Positions 31,192-44,285 are shown, numbered from the stretch's first letter. The stretch is DNA of 64,000 nt from Planktothrix sp. GU0601_MAG3 (GCA_035193785.1 CP136572.1:1024001-1088000); one strand, 5' to 3'. Program-made: numbers and translations. Notes: generated by a model from the sequence alone, not told the origin.

Positions 31192-31823
31192 TACCCCCCT
31201 AACCCCCCTTACTAAGGGGGGAATAAGAGGAAGCACCTTTAGCTACTTCTTACTAAACGGGGGAATAAGAGAAAGCACCTTTAGCCACTCTTGCTAAGGG
31301 GGGAATAAGAGGAAGCACCTCTAGCTACTTCTTACTAAACGGGGGAATTAAAAGCCTTTAGCCACTCTTGCTAAACGGGGGAATAAGAGGAAACACCTTT
31401 AGCTACTTCTTACTAAGGGGGGAATAAGAGGAAGCACCTCTAGCTACTTCTTACTAAGGGGGGAATAAGAGGAAGCACCTCTAGCTACTTCTTACTAAGG
31501 GGGGAATAAGAGGAAGCACCTCTAGCTACTTCTTACTAAACGGGGGAATAAGAGGAAGCACCTCTAGCTACTCTTACTAAGGGAGGAATTAAAAGCCTTT
31601 AGCCACTCTTACTAAAGGCGCGAATCAGAGAAAGCACCTTTAGCCACTCTTGCTAAGGGGGGAATAAGAGGAAGCACCTCTAGCTACTCTTACTAAGGGA
31701 GGAATTAAAAGCCTTTAGCCACTCTTACTAAAGGCGCGAATCAGAGAAAGCACCTTTAGCCACTCTTGCTAAGGGAGGAATTAAAAGCCTTTAGCCCCCC
31801 TTGCTAAGGGGGGTTGGGGGGTA
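31192..31823. repeat. Array of about 15 imperfect 35-42 bp units with core CTT(A/G)CTAAGGGGGGAAT, closed by inverted ends
   Basis: Unit CTTACTAAGGGGGGAATAAGAGGAAGCACCTCTAGCTACTT and variants; ends TACCCCCCTAACCCCCCTT... and ...AAGGGGGGTTGGGGGGTA. Confidence 0.92.
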
Positions 31824-31889
31824 GCCACCGGGGAATAACAGGAAGTAGGTATTAAAGGACAAAATTATGATTAAATATGACTAAACTAT

Positions 31890-32306
31890 ATGACTGAACT
31901 TTATAACAGAAATTCCGAAAAAGAGAAACGACAATTTTTACGCAATAACATGACTGCTGCTGAACAAAAATTGTGGTTACAACTTAAAGGAAAACAACTA
32001 GAAAACTGTAAATTTCGGAGACAGTATAGCGTGGCTCAATTTATAATTGATTTTTATAGTCCAGAAATTAAACTCGCTATTGAAGTTGATGGCGACAGTC
32101 ACTTTCAAGAAGGAGCGCCAGAATACGACCGAGAAAGACAACAGTTTATCGAGTCAGCTAGAATTACTTTTCTAAGATTTACCAATGATGATGTATATAA
32201 TAATATTTCAGCCGTTTGTGAAGTCATCACAGAAAAAATTCAATCCTTAAGAAATCCTCCAGAAGCCCCCCTTAGTCAAGAAAATCCTCCAGAAGTCCCC
32301 CCTTAG
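31890..32306 (+). CDS. DUF559 (Vsr-like PD-(D/E)XK) endonuclease
   Basis: LRNNMTAAEQKLW, KFRRQY, IIDFY, IEVDGDSH, DRERQ and LRFTN motifs. Confidence 0.92.
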   Translation: MTELYNRNSEKEKRQFLRNNMTAAEQKLWLQLKGKQLENCKFRRQYSVAQFIIDFYSPEIKLAIEVDGDSHFQEGAPEYDRERQQFIESARITFLRFTNDDVYNNISAVCEVITEKIQSLRNPPEAPLSQENPPEVPP

Positions 32307-32389
32307 TAAAGGAAATCTTCCAAAAGCCCCCCCTTAATAAAGCAAATCTTTCAAAAGCCCCCCCTTAGTAAGGGGGGGTTGGGGGGGTA
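32250..32389. repeat. Four units of about 31 bp with core CCCCCCTTAGTAA, inverted relative to the left array
   Basis: AATCCTCCAGAAGCCCCCCTTAGTCAAG-type units overlapping the DUF559 3' end; ends CCCCCCTTAGTAAGGGGGGGTTGGGGGGGTA. Confidence 0.88.
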
Positions 32390-32405
32390 AAACAAATACA
32401 ATCAA

Positions 32406-34382
32406 ATGAACAAAATGACTAACATTCCCGGACTCAAAAAACTATGGACAGAAACTAGAGGTGATCCTAAAATTTGTGTCGCTATACTTGATGGTATAGT
32501 TGACCAAAATCACCCCTGTTTCATCGGTGCTGACTTAACCCGACTCCCTAGTTTAGTTTCGGGAGAAGCCAACCAAAACGGCTCTATGTCTGCTCATGGA
32601 ACTCATGTTGCTAGTATTATATTTGGTCAACCTGACTCACCAGTAACAGGAATTGCTCCCCAATGTCGAGGCTTAATAATTCCCGTTTTTGCCGATGAAA
32701 GCTTGAGACTATCGCAATTAGATTTATCTCGTGCCATAGAGCAAGCTATTAACAACGGAGCGCAGATTATTAATGTCAGTGCGGGACAATCAACCGATGC
32801 TGGAGAAGCAGATACTTGGCTAGAAAAAGCTATCCAATTATGCCAAGAAAAGAACGTATTGCTAATAGCGGCAACGGGAAATGATGGCTGTGAATGTTTG
32901 CACGTTCCCGCCTCCATGCCTACTGTTTTAGCAGTGGGAGCAATGGATGATCAGGGTAAACCAGTTGATTTTAGTAACTGGGGCGAAGCATACCAAAAGC
33001 AAGGCATTCTTGCCCCTGGAAAAGATATTTTAGGAGCTAAACCGGGCGGTGGTACAACTCGCTTAAGTGGTACAAGTTTTGCTACTCCTATTGTGAGTGG
33101 AGTTGCCGCTTTATTACTGAGTTTGCAACTACAAAGAGGCGAAAAACCTGACCCTCAAAAAGTCAAGAATGCCCTTTTAGCAAGTGCTACTCCCTGTAAT
33201 CCCAAAGACACCGATGATCAAAGTCGCTGTTTAATGGGAAAATTAAACATCCTTGATGCCATAGAATACTTAACAGGAGAAACAATGTCCGAAGAATTAG
33301 AATTAGAAAGCGTAGAGGCTTCTGGTTGTGGTTGCCAAGATACTCAAATCAGTGAACCTGAAATTGATGATGAATTGCAACTAGCATCAGAAATTCAACC
33401 TGATGAAATAGTTGCTTCTGTAACTACCCAAACCCCGATTAATATTCCCTCATTCCCTCAACAAATTACAAACCAAAATACCATGTCAAATCGTAGCTCA
33501 AATTTTGTTACTGCTAGTGAAGCCCCTAGCGAACTCGAAGGCAAAAACTTAGTTTATGCTTTAGGTGTATTGGGTTATGATTTTGGTTCAGAAGCTCGTA
33601 GAGACTCCTTTAAACAGTTAATGCCAGGTGTTAGTATTGAAGGAACAATGATTCCCTCTAATCCCTACGATGCACGGCAAATGGTGGATTATTTAGGGGA
33701 AAATTTACCCGAAGCAAAAGCTTTAATTTGGACACTCAATTTAGAATTAACTCCTATTTATGCCATCGAACCTGTAGGCGGTTTTTCCAGAGATGTTTAT
33801 CAAGTTTTACAATCACTTTTAAGCGGACAAATTCAAGAAGAAAATAACGCTGAATTTGTACAAAGAGTTAGTATTCCGGGGGTGTTAACCGGACGTAGTG
33901 TTAAATTATTTTCAGGACAAGTTGTTCCCGTAATTGAGATTAATAATACTCGTGGTTTATACGGTTGGAAAGTTAACTCTTTAGTTACTGCTGCGATCGC
34001 AAGTGTACAAGCAGAAGCTAGTGGTGCGGAAGAAGATGCAATTCGCCGGACTTTGAGCAGTTTCTTAAATCGGATTTATTACGATTTACGCAACTTAGGT
34101 ACAACTTCTCAAGATCGGGCTTTAAATTTTGCTTCTACTAATGCTTTCCAAGCAGCCCAAACCTTTGCTCAAGCGGTGGGTGCAGGTTATGAATTAGATA
34201 GTATTAATGTTGAAAAGAGTCCTTTCTGTCGTTTAGATAGCGATTGTTGGGATGTTAAATTAAAATTCTTTGATCCTGAAAATAGTCGCCGCGCTAAAAA
34301 AATCTATCGCTTTACTATTGATGTTAGCGATACCATTCCTGTTACCTTGGGTGAAGTTCGTTCTTGGTCAAGTGCTTATTAA
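32406..34382 (+). CDS. Cyanobactin N-terminal leader protease, PatA/PagA type
   Basis: Subtilisin triad motifs VAILDG, HGTHVAS and GTSFATP plus the C-terminal DUF. Confidence 0.96.
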   Translation: MNKMTNIPGLKKLWTETRGDPKICVAILDGIVDQNHPCFIGADLTRLPSLVSGEANQNGSMSAHGTHVASIIFGQPDSPVTGIAPQCRGLIIPVFADESLRLSQLDLSRAIEQAINNGAQIINVSAGQSTDAGEADTWLEKAIQLCQEKNVLLIAATGNDGCECLHVPASMPTVLAVGAMDDQGKPVDFSNWGEAYQKQGILAPGKDILGAKPGGGTTRLSGTSFATPIVSGVAALLLSLQLQRGEKPDPQKVKNALLASATPCNPKDTDDQSRCLMGKLNILDAIEYLTGETMSEELELESVEASGCGCQDTQISEPEIDDELQLASEIQPDEIVASVTTQTPINIPSFPQQITNQNTMSNRSSNFVTASEAPSELEGKNLVYALGVLGYDFGSEARRDSFKQLMPGVSIEGTMIPSNPYDARQMVDYLGENLPEAKALIWTLNLELTPIYAIEPVGGFSRDVYQVLQSLLSGQIQEENNAEFVQRVSIPGVLTGRSVKLFSGQVVPVIEINNTRGLYGWKVNSLVTAAIASVQAEASGAEEDAIRRTLSSFLNRIYYDLRNLGTTSQDRALNFASTNAFQAAQTFAQAVGAGYELDSINVEKSPFCRLDSDCWDVKLKFFDPENSRRAKKIYRFTIDVSDTIPVTLGEVRSWSSAY

Positions 34383-34447
34383 CCCCCCCCCTACCCCCTT
34401 ATTAATAGGGGGAATTAAAAATAAATAATCAGTAAGGATTAAATCAA

Positions 34448-34655
34448 ATGAGATTACCTATTCTTTCCCCTCCTGTTAAAAGACCTGATGTTATTTATCC
34501 CCATCGCTCTGTAGATGTGGTTAACGGAAACAGAGGAAGAATTATTAGCAATTCGTTTAAAATTACTGCACGGTGCTAACTATAATGATCCCGCAGCTTT
34601 TGCTCACAGAAGCTATCAACAACTTAAATCTTCAGGTTGTCGATGTGGATTTTAA
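34448..34655 (+). CDS. Cyanobactin PatB-family protein (apparent frameshift near 34529)
   Basis: Manual translation MRLPILSPPVKRPD...LHGANYNDPAAF; absent from the ORF track. Confidence 0.88.
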
Positions 34656-34702
34656 GATAGGTTGTGTATCTGACTTAAATTTAACTAGGAGTTAAGGAAA
34701 TT

Positions 34703-34900
34703 ATGAGCAAGGAAAAAAAGACAACAGCAGAAAATAAAGTAACTGAATCTGTTAGCAAACCCGAAAAAAAAGAAATTCAACAAGATTGTCTGATGACTGG
34801 ACTTTCGGATTATGGTTTCTGGTCACAGCAAGTTAAAAAAGAAGTTGCAGCCCGAAAAGAACCTGATCCTGCATTTCGTCGGGGTCGAATTTGGTGTTAG
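34703..34900 (+). CDS. Cyanobactin PatC-family protein
   Basis: TGLSDYGFW...FRRGRIW motifs. Confidence 0.9.
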   Translation: MSKEKKTTAENKVTESVSKPEKKEIQQDCLMTGLSDYGFWSQQVKKEVAARKEPDPAFRRGRIWC

Positions 34901-35103
34901 TTTGGGTGCGATTAAGTGCAGTTAAATTAAAGAGCGATCGCTGTTAATCATAAAAATAGCGATCGCTTTGGGGTTTCTGGTGTAGCAAATCTACATACTT
35001 GCTATCTAAATCCATTGAAACTTTTAGCCCCAAATATTTTTTTAAAAACAAAACCTTCGTAGAGACACAAGATTAATGTATCTCTACAGAGGTTCAAAAA
35101 CAA

Positions 35104-36151
<1,048 letters not shown>

Positions 36152-36467
36152 TTAAACAGACTTGATGGCTCAAGCTGTCAACTAGAGGTAAACTGTAGCA
36201 TAAGTGTTGATTGTTGAGCTTCTTTCTTTCTGTAATTTTAATAAAATTAGAATTTTAATCTTGATTCGGTGATTTTCAAAGTTGGGTGATATTTGGGATA
36301 ACTCCCATAAGTTTGTTCCTAGGTTAAAGGTTGAAAATGCTGATGTTCCTGATTTTTTTACTGAACGTTAAGAAAGAATAAAAAAGACTAATTTTATCCC
36401 CAACAGTATTAACAAATTGATAAAAAATCTGTACTATTCAAGGGTATAGGATTGGGCTTAAACTTAA

Positions 36468-37623
36468 ATGAACAAACGTAAACGAATTGGCATTCTTACC
36501 AGTGGCGGAGACTGCCCGGGTCTCAATGCGGTGATTCGGGCCGTTGTCAATCATGCCACATCTGAATATAACTGGGAAGTCCGAGGCATTCCCTATGCCA
36601 CTCAGGGGCTGATTGAACGCAAAAGTGTGGTATTAAATTCCTATGGTTTAGAACGACATGGAACCGATCCCCTACTAAGTATGGGGGGAACTATTTTAGG
36701 GTCGATTAACAAGGGAGATACGGAAGGCAATACGGACGAAGTTATTCAGGGATATTATGATTTAGGACTCGATGCTCTGATCGCTATTGGGGGGGATGGT
36801 AGCCTGGCGATTTTGCAGAAACTTGCCGAAAAAGGCAATTGGAATTTAGTCGCCGTCCCCAAAACCATTGATAATGATGTGGCCCATACCGAATTATCCG
36901 TGGGTTTTAACTCCGCCGTCACCACAATTTTAGACTGTTTGGATCGGTTGAGTTATACGGCCGCCAGCCATGACCGGGTAATGGTGGTGGAGGTGATGGG
37001 ACGGACAACCGGACATTTAGCCTTATATTCGGGAATTGTTGGGGGGGCCGATGCCATTTTAATCCCGGAAATTCCCTACTCGATTAAAACCCTCTGTAAA
37101 CGTATTCGCGAGTTACGGAATCTCTGGGGACGGAAATTCGCCATTGTGGTGGTGGCTGAAGGAGCAAAAACCGCCGATGGGGAGAGTCGCTACTATAAGG
37201 ATGCCCTGGGAGAAGTCCGACTGCGGGGAATTGGGGAATATGTGACTGGGGAAATTGAAAAAAATCTGGGGGTAGAAGCCCGGGTCACCGTCTTAGGTCA
37301 TGTTCAACGGGGTGGGGCTCCTTCTGCCTTGGATCGATTAATTGGCACTGCCTTCGGAAAGGTGGCGGTGGATTTAATTGCCCAGGAAACCTACGGGGTA
37401 ATGGTAGCTTGGCATAATAATGCTGTCACCACTGTTTCCCTTAGAGCAGGTATTTGCCGATAGTCCCCTACTCATCGACCCCCAGGGATTTTGGGTGGAA
37501 ACCGCCCGCTCCCTGGGAATTTATCTGGGAGAAGAACTCAATTGTGAAAATATTACTTCGATAAACCCGAATATTAATGGCTTAAAACCTTCCCCCTTAG
37601 AGATAATAACTCAGATTAATTAG
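36468..37623 (+). CDS. pfkA: 6-phosphofructokinase (apparent frameshift near 37436)
   Basis: TSGGDCPGLN, GGDGS, PKTIDND, EVMGR and LGHVQRGG motifs. Confidence 0.95.
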
Positions 37624-37625
37624 GT

Positions 37626-37994
37626 TTAAACAGAGTGTTTTAACCGACGTAAGCGATCAGAATAGCTTTTGAGAATTTCTAAGGCAAACATGGGAGTTTG
37701 CTGAACGGCAAACAGGAATCGAGATTTATCCATGGTGGCTAAAAGACAATCGGTTTTAGCGATCGCCGTAGACGCTCGTGTTCGGTCGGGTTGAATGAGG
37801 GCTCCTTCCCCAAACACATCTCCAGCAATGAGGGTTTCCACCACTTTGCCATTTACCCATAACTGGATTTCCCCTTCGAGAATGCCATACAAAACATCTC
37901 CGGTTTTGCCCTCCTCAAAAATCACTTGATTAGCCAGATACTGCTGTTCTGGCTGTTTTTTAAACAGTTTTACGGTTTCGATGGGCTGTAACAT
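37626..37994 (-). CDS. Stand-alone cyclic-nucleotide-binding domain protein
   Basis: IFEEG, FGEGAL and RASTA phosphate-binding cassette. Confidence 0.88.
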   Translation of the reverse strand: MLQPIETVKLFKKQPEQQYLANQVIFEEGKTGDVLYGILEGEIQLWVNGKVVETLIAGDVFGEGALIQPDRTRASTAIAKTDCLLATMDKSRFLFAVQQTPMFALEILKSYSDRLRRLKHSV

Positions 37995-38152
37995 AGTGTT
38001 ATCTATTGAATCAGTTGCAATGTACTCTCTTAGATCAATCCTAGGGCAGAATAGGATAGGAAAAGAAAGACGGGGTAATATAGCAATACTCAAACCCCCC
38101 GGAGGTGAACTCTTTTTTTCCCTATAGCAAGATTACCTCTTGCCCAAAACCC

Positions 38153-38190
38153 ATTCGTAATTCGTAATTCGTAATTCGTAATTCGTAATT
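38153..38190. repeat. ATTCGTA heptamer STRR
   Basis: Five tandem copies; the same heptamer occurs near 62635 and 62845. Confidence 0.9.
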
Positions 38191-38217
38191 CCCTACTCCC
38201 CGCCATATTAAAATCCC

Positions 38218-39154
38218 ATGCCTAACACTGTTACTGTAACTATTCCCGCAACAACGGCCAACTTGGGGCCAGGGTTTGATTGTATTGGAGCCGCCTTAAC
38301 TCTATACAACACGCTGCGGTTTTCTAATTTAAAAAATACCTCAAGTGAGACTTTAAATATTACGGTTCAAGGGACAGAAGCCGCCGGAGTGCAGACCGAT
38401 GAGAGCAACTTAGCCTATCAAGCCTTTATTAGAGTTTATCAACATCTGGGTCAAACCCCGCCCCCCGTTCAGATCGAGATTGATTTAGGAATTCCTTTAG
38501 CCCGGGGTTTAGGGAGTTCCGCCACCGCCATTGTGGGGGGACTGGTGGGGGCGAATACCCTAGCCGGAAATCCCCTAAATCAAGGAGATATCTTACAATT
38601 GGCAATTGAAATGGAAGGGCACCCGGACAATGTGGTTCCGGCTCTCCTCGGCCATTGTCAATTATCCGTATCCAGAGGGGAAAATGGCATCGGCTGGGAA
38701 ATTTGCCCCATTCCCTGGCATTCCGATCTGGTTTCCAGTTCTGGCAATTCCTGATTTTGAATTATCCACCGCAGAGGCCAGAAAGGTTCTCCCCCAAACC
38801 TATAGTCGGGGGGATGCAATTTTTAATACGGCCCATCTGGGATTATTAATTAGGGGTTTGGAAACCGGAAACCCCGACTGGTTGAGGGTGGCTCTCCAGG
38901 ACAAAATTCATCAACCCTATCGGAAATCCTTAATTAAAGGCTTTGAAACCGTCCGCACGGCGGCATTAACAGCCGGAGCTTTTGAATTAGTGATTAGTGG
39001 GGCGGGGCCAACTTTATTGGCTTTAACCGATGAAATATCCGCCCCGGCGGTGGCCGTAGCGATGACGACGGCCTGGAAACAAGAGGGCGTAAACCCAGAG
39101 GTTAGGGTTTTGCAACTGGATACTCAAGGGGCTATGAATACAGATATTGAATAG
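38218..39154 (+). CDS. thrB: Homoserine kinase (apparent frameshift near 38732)
   Basis: PATTANLGPGFD, PLARGLGSSA, EGHPDNV and ISGAGPT motifs. Confidence 0.96.
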
Positions 39155-39162
39155 GAGAAACT

Positions 39163-40465
39163 ATGGTTTTTAATCCTAGTATTATTAATGCCGTTGAAAA
39201 ACTGGGGTATCGAGTCACCAGTGGCGATGTGGCAACCCAAGCCGGAATTGAGCTTAATATTGCCCAACGGGAACTTTTAGTCTTGGCGTCGGAAGCCGGA
39301 GGTCATTTACAAGTTGCGGACTCAGGGGATATTGCCTTTGAATTTCCCCGCAATTTTCAGGCAATTCTGCGGAATAAATATTGGCAGTTAAAGTTAAAAG
39401 ACTGGTGGAATAAAATTTGGAAAGTTTTATTTTATCTGATTAGAATTTCCTTTGGAATTATTTTAATTGCCTCGATTCTTTTGATTGTCGCTGCTATTAT
39501 TACAATTTTGGTTGTGATTAATTCAAATCAAAATAATAATAGTTCCAGTAATAATCGTAGTGGTGGTAGTTGGTTTTGGGTGTATTGGTTTACATCAGAT
39601 TTGCGCTGGTTTTTTGCGGTAGATAACAATAACTATCAACGTTCTAAAACCCAGGGCAGTGACAAGAAAGAGATGAATTTTCTGGAGGCTGTTTTTTCTT
39701 TTATTTTTGGAGACGGGAATCCGAATTATAATTTAGAAGAACGCCGATGGCAAACCATTGCCACGGTGATTAAAAACCAAAAAGGAGCGATTATTGCCGA
39801 ACAAGTAGCCCCCTATTTAGATGAAATTGGCAGTTTCAGTGGCTCAGGAATATGAAGATTATATGTTGCCGATTTTAACTAGATTTGATGGTAGACCAGA
39901 GGTGAGTTCGGAGGGACAGTTAATCTACCATTTCCCGGAATTACAAACCACCGCCAAAGCATCTAATCCTCGGTCGGTTCCTGCTTATTTAAAGGAAAAA
40001 ACTTGGCGATTTAGTTTGGCAAGTTCCGGGCAAATTATGGGGGCAATTGGTTTAGGTTCGGTTAATTTGATTGGAGCATTAATGTTAGGGAGTTTATTGA
40101 AAAGCCCTGAGATTGCTGGATATTTAACCGGATTTTTAGGATTTGTTTATGTAATTTATCCAGTTCTATTGATTTATGGTGTAGTATTTTTGACGATTCC
40201 CTTAATTAGATATTTCTGGGTGCAATGGAAAAATCAAAAAATCAATATTCGCAATACAACTCGCAAAAACAGAGTTAATATTTTGGCTGAGGATAATTCA
40301 ATTATACAGAAAAAACTCAATTATGCCCGTCAGTTTGCCAAGAAAACTGTAATTAATAAAGATGATTTAGCTTATACAACAGAAACGGATTTATTAGAAC
40401 AAGAGGAACAAAATTCTGATAAAATTGATGTAGAATGGCAAAAACGGTTAGATGAATCTGAATAA
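39163..40465 (+). CDS. Conserved cyanobacterial/plastid membrane protein of unknown function (apparent frameshift near 39836)
   Basis: FLEAVFSFIFGDGNPN and EQVAPYLD motifs; TM segments. Confidence 0.8.
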
Positions 40466-40514
40466 CCACAAAATAGGCAAAAATTAAATTTTATAACGGT
40501 TTAATCAGTGATTA

Positions 40515-41184
40515 TCAAGGTTTAGAAATTAATCCTTTCTGAATTGCTAAAATGGCGGCTTGGGTGCGATCGCGTACCTCTAACTTTTGTAAAATAGCAT
40601 GAACATGACTTCTAACCGTTCCTGATGTAATATGAAGCAAATTAGCAATTTCTTGATTAGTTTTACCATCGGCAATTAAGGCTAAAATTTCCTGTTCCCG
40701 TTGGGTTAAATCATGATCGGCGATCGCTGAATTTTGGGTTTCTCCTGATTCGATATGATCAAACAATGTCCGAATTTCTGCGGTTACGGTTTGATCCCAC
40801 CAAGAAGCACCCGCCGCCACGGAATGCAAGGCTAAAACCAATAAATGGGGTTTCAATTCCTTTTAAACAATACCCCGATGCACCCGCCTTAATTAATCTT
40901 TCAATTAGAATTTTTTGGGAGTGGGAGGTTAAGATTAAAATCGGAATTTCAGGATGGTTTTGTTTGATTTGACGACAGGCTTCTACCCCGCCAATTCCTG
41001 GTAATCCTATATCTAATAATACCACATTGGGTAAATATTGATTGGTCAATTCAACGGCGGTTTCTCCATCGGTAGCTTCCCCAACAATTTTAATTTCCGG
41101 TTCTTTTTGCAAACGAATATTTAGTCCTAAACGGAATAATTCATCATCTTCGACTAATAAAACTCTTAAGACTTTTGATGGCAT
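40515..41184 (-). CDS. NarL/LuxR-family response regulator (apparent frameshift near 40852)
   Basis: LVEDD and LLDIGLP receiver motifs; LTQREQE...NQEIA...TVRSHV HTH. Confidence 0.93.
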
Positions 41185-41216
41185 TTTTTCTAACTTTTTT
41201 CAAAATATTTTGAATT

Positions 41217-42294
41217 TTACAGTTGAATTTCTCCCTGAGCTAGAGCCGGAAGACGAAAACAAAATATCGCTCCATTGGGAATTTTGTTTTCTGCCCAAAT
41301 TATACCCCCATGGGCTTCAATAATTTGTCGAGTTAAGTATAATCCTAATCCTGAGCCTTGAGCTTGGCGATCGCTATTTCCTTGATAAAATCGCTCAAAC
41401 AAATTTGGCAATTCCGCCGGGGTTATTCCTAAACCCTGATCCCAAATTTTCACCACCTGAAAATTAGCTTCAGATTCTAATATTACCTCCACCCGACCCC
41501 CACGGGGAGAATGATTAATCCCATTAATTAATAAATTGCTAAAAACGCGCTGAAGTTGCAGTTGGTCGCCCTTCACCCAGAGAAATCTCCGAAAATCGGA
41601 GTCCCGATAACTTAAACCTAAATAAATGCGCCGGGTTGTGGCTAAAGCCGTCAAAGTTGCGATCACTTCCTCTGCAATTTTTACTAAATTAATCGGTTTC
41701 TAAATTTAGTTTTAATCCCTCCGTATCATTGCGGTAAACATCCAATAAAGTTTGAACTAATTGTAAGCTACTTTGGTGGGAACGTAACATCATATCGAGA
41801 ACTTTTTCTTGAGTCGAATTAATATCACCAAATTGTCTATTTTGAAAGGATTTCAGAGTTTCAATTGCTCCTAAAAGGGGTGTTTTCAAATCATGGGTCA
41901 GAGTTGAGGCAAAATCTTCTCGAACAATGGCTAGTTTGCTGTGAGCTTGGAGTTGAACTTGTTGTTGGGCGATCGCTTCTTCATAATGACGAGCGCGATC
42001 GCTTAACCAACCCGTAACAATTAAGGCAAAAATAGCAATAATTCGATTGGCAACTGTTGCTGAATTGATGATTTCAGAATTCGGAAAAACTAAGTTTAAT
42101 AACGTTAATGAACAAGCCGCTACAGTAACTTGTAAGGTAATCCTCTGATTCAAACGGGGGTGAGCTAGTAAAATAGTAATCGTATAAAGATAACCAAAAA
42201 TATATTCTGCGGGGGTCATATATTCTAATAAAATTACCACCGCAAATAATCCTAAAATCAACCAATGAGTTTTTAAATTATTTTTTAAAATCAT
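41217..42294 (-). CDS. Membrane sensor histidine kinase (apparent frameshift near 41698)
   Basis: N-terminal TMs; THDLKTPL, NLLINGINHS, DQGLG and GSGLGL motifs. Confidence 0.92.
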
Positions 42295-42601
42295 AATTTA
42301 TTTATCAATGAATTACTATTTTTAAATCCACCTTAAAATTACCGTTGAGAGTCCTCCACCCCAAAGATAGTTTGGAGACTAAACCCCTACAATAAAATCT
42401 TACAACCTTGGTGCCGAGTTCTATAGTTATACTTGTCGTCTATATCAATAGGTTTATAATCTTAGGTATAAGTCGCTACAGATCCCTAGTATTTCTGATA
42501 TATATCATGTTCTGATAAAAATTCTACTTTTTGTTAGATGATTTTTTCGTCAAAAAGTAAAATAATAAAATCAAATTTCGTACCTAATCTCGATCATATT
42601 T

Positions 42602-44285
42602 ATGTGGCAAGGCTTTTTTCAAATTGCCCTAACTTTAGGACTATTAGTAGCGATTGTTCCTATTTTTGGAACCTATATTGCTAATGTTTTCTTAGGGGAA
42701 AAGACCTTTCTTGATCCCATACTAAGTCCCCTAGAGCAACTGATTTATAAACTCACTGGGGTTCGTTTCTCTCGGGATATGACAGGTTGGCAATATGCTC
42801 GTGCCATGCTTTTGATCAACTTAGTCATGGGAGTTTTTGTCTATTTGATCATCAGTTTACAGGGAGTTTTACCCTTAAATCCCATGCAATTAAATGCTCC
42901 ACATTGGGATTTAACCTTACATACAACAATTTCATTTTTAACTAATACCAATCAACAACATTATGCCGGGGAAAAGACCCTTAGTTATGCCAGCCAGGTA
43001 CTTGCATTAGGATTTTTAATGTTTACTTCGGCTGCCACGGGTTTAGCCGTTTCTATCGCTTTTATTCGAGGATTAACAGGCAGATCATTAGGGAATTTTT
43101 ATGTTGATTTGATTCGTTCTATTACTCGAATTTTACTACCTATTTCCCTAATCGGTGCAGTCATTTTATTAAGTTTAGGTGTACCTGAAACCTTGGCAGG
43201 GTCACAAATTGTTACCCCCTTAGATGGAGGAACCCAAGTCATCGCTAGGGGGCCAATTGCTCATTTTGAAATCATTAAACAACTCGGAGAAAATGGAGGC
43301 GGTTTTTTCGGTGCAAATTCAGCCCATCCCTATGAAAATCCCAATGGTTTTTCTAACTTAATAGAAACCTTAATAATGGTTAGTATTCCCGCTTCTTTGA
43401 TTTATACCTTTGGCATTTTTACCCAGGACAAAAAACAAGCCTGGTTACTATTTGGCATGGTATTTTTCATCTATTCCAGCTTTATCATTATTACCGCCCT
43501 TGGAGAGTTTCAAGGAAACCCAATTGTTAATCATGTTCTCGGTCAACAAGCTGCGAATTTAGAAGGAAAAGAAATCCGGTTTGGTTGGGCAGAAAGTGCA
43601 TTATGGGCCGTTACTACAACCGGAACAATGTGCGGTGCAGTTAACGGAATGCTGGATTCTTTTATGCCCAATGGGGGTTTTTCTACCCTATTTAATCTGT
43701 TTTTACAAATTGTTTGGGGAGGACAAGGAACCGGAACAGTTTACTTATTCATTTTCCTGATTTTAACGGTATTCTTAACCGGATTAATGGTGGGAAGAAA
43801 CCCCAGAGTTTCTAGGGCGAAAAATCGAAAAACAACAAATTATTCTCGCCAGTGTCATCTTACTGGTGCACCCCATTGCCATTCTAATTCCTGGCGCTAT
43901 TACCCTCGCCTATCCTCAACTTTCAGGGATTTCAAACCCGGGATTTCATGGCATTTCTCAAGTCATTTATGAATATGCTTCCGCCGCCGCCAATAATGGC
44001 TCAGGATTTGAAGGATTAGGGGATAATACTATCTGGTGGAATCTTAGTACCAGTGTTGTACTTTTAGCCGGACGTTATATCCCAATTGTAGCGTTATTAC
44101 TGTTAGCAGAAAGCCTATTAAATAAACAACCTGTTCCCGAAACTCCTGGCACATTAAAAACCAATTCTCTCCTATTTACCAGTGTGACAATGGGAGTGAT
44201 TTTGATTTTAGGAGCCTTAACATTCTTACCTATTTTAGCATTAGGGCCAGTGGCGGAAGCCTTTCAAATTGCTAGTTTCAAATAA
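42602..44285 (+). CDS. kdpA: K+-transporting ATPase subunit A (apparent frameshift near 43799)
   Basis: [18 protein letters not shown] and [10 protein letters not shown] motifs. Confidence 0.96.

Noticed and set aside
31192..31823. Possible CRISPR array next to a nuclease
   Set aside because: The sequences between cores are variants of each other rather than unique spacers, and there are no cas genes
34933..34968. HIP1-based hairpin after patC as a novel element
   Set aside because: GCGATCGC is the ubiquitous cyanobacterial HIP1 octamer; at most this is a terminator-like stem
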